Source: an uncultured Actinomycetota bacterium (lineage in GTDB: Bacteria; Actinomycetota; Actinomycetes; Mycobacteriales; Micromonosporaceae). Taken from it: a stretch of DNA of 64,000 bases. The first letter of the stretch is position 1. The number at the start of each line of letters is the position of its first letter. The DNA lies in assembly GCA_963836785.1 (NCBI GenBank), contig CAWIKW010000019.1, positions 9,961 through 73,960 of the forward strand. Reading direction: 5' to 3'. The translations under genes and the position numbers were made by a program. Positions 63,182 to 64,000 of the stretch are shown in pieces. The notes beneath the pieces were generated by a model, which saw only the letters and a program-made list of their open reading frames with translations, made no database searches and was not told the DNA's origin.

Positions 63182-64000
63182 ATGGTCGTCCTCGTCGCCC
63201 TGCCACTCGCGGCGTTGCTCGCTATCACCGCGACCGTCGCCGTCGATCGGCTGAACCGCGCCGCCGCGGCCAGCGATGTCGTGCACGCGATGACCGTCGC
63301 CAATGCGGTACGGGGCGTGCTCGCCGAACTCGAAACCGAGGAGGTCACCTCGGTCGGCTTCCTGGTCAACGCGCAGACCGCAGCGGACGTCGACGCGCAG
63401 AAGAACCAGGTGGCGGACCGGGTGGCCGACCTCGAGGCAAGGCTCGGTGGTGGGCTGCCCGATCGCGTACGAGCCGCGGTCGACGCCCAGGGCGCACTGA
63501 GTCCGGTGCGTCAAGGCGTGTCGTCCCGGACCCAAACGCCAGCGCAGGTGGTCAACGCGTTTAGTGCGACGATCGACTCGATCATCAGATCGTTGTCATT
63601 GGCCACCGACGCGGATACGTCAACCGCGACCGGTCGCCAGGTGCTCGCTCTCGACGCGCTGTTGCGTATCGACGCGGTGCACGCCGCCGGAGCGGCCGAC
63701 CTTCTCGCCGCGGCAACGCAGAGCAACGAAGCGGCGATCGTCGACTACGCCGCCGACCAACGGTCGGCCACCGTGCTCGAGGCAGAATTCGCCACGTACG
63801 CCTCGCCGGCGCAACTGGACGAGTACGGGCTCGTCAGAAATGCGTACGTGCAGCGTCTGGGCGACAGTTTCGCATCGGCATTCGCGAGTTCGCCGAGTAC
63901 GGCCCTCGCGAATCTGACTCCGAGCGCCCTGTATCCGCAGCTCATCTCGTACCTTCAGCTCGGCGGCCTGGTCGAGGCGAAGGTCGTCGGCGCCGTGACG
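63182..64000 (+). CDS. NIT-domain sensor protein, N-terminal part (probably a CvnA-type sensor histidine kinase); continues beyond the window end
   Basis: Absent from the ORF track because there is no stop in the window. Manual translation from ATG 63182 gives MVVLVALPLAALLAITATVAVDRLNRAAAASDVVHAMTVANAVRGVLAELETEEVTSVGFL... This has the pattern of actinobacterial NIT-domain kinases. Confidence 0.55.
   Translation, partial: MVVLVALPLAALLAITATVAVDRLNRAAAASDVVHAMTVANAVRGVLAELETEEVTSVGFLVNAQTAADVDAQKNQVADRVADLEARLGGGLPDRVRAAVDAQGALSPVRQGVSSRTQTPAQVVNAFSATIDSIIRSLSLATDADTSTATGRQVLALDALLRIDAVHAAGAADLLAAATQSNEAAIVDYAADQRSATVLEAEFATYASPAQLDEYGLVRNAYVQRLGDSFASAFASSPSTALANLTPSALYPQLISYLQLGGLVEAKVVGAVT

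Overview
High-GC actinobacterial chromosome segment, about 57 protein-coding genes plus two RNA genes; the genus cannot be assigned from sequence alone. Three kinds of content alternate.

(1) Conserved core. prfB-ftsE-ftsX-smpB-ssrA(tmRNA) at 10.7-14.9 kb, kynA, mtnP, a YqgE/AlgH-family gene and tRNA-Ala(GGC).

(2) Two ABC-type sugar clusters.
- 2.5-9.6 kb, minus strand: ROK regulator, solute-binding protein (SBP), two permeases, a GH4 6-phospho-glycosidase and a BadF-type kinase.
- 40.8-48.7 kb: GH36 alpha-galactosidase, galT, a DeoR regulator, an SBP and two permeases.

(3) Signalling and accessory genes.
- At 15.7-21.3 kb: a protein with tandem HD-GYP domains fused to a LuxR HTH, divergent from a membrane Ser/Thr kinase whose ectodomain is a CBM2 carbohydrate-binding module, followed by an OmpR/histidine-kinase pair.
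- At 23.3 kb, immediately after tRNA-Ala: remnants of integrase genes and an XRE gene. After these come small enzyme and regulator genes and a 1,634-aa kinase-like/STAND-ATPase/GAF/GGDEF protein (29.8-34.7 kb), the most unusual gene here.
- At 38.0-40.4 kb: a multicopper-oxidase remnant and a heavily frameshifted PD40/cell-wall-binding-repeat gene.

Two otherwise intact genes each carry a single-base frameshift: the SBP near 46.56 kb and an FAD monooxygenase near 59.4 kb. Several short repeat families sit in intergenic regions and are reported as candidate regulatory sites.

No CRISPR array, rRNA, intact transposase or recognisable defence system was seen. All family assignments come from motif recognition by eye. 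No database search or computation was run.
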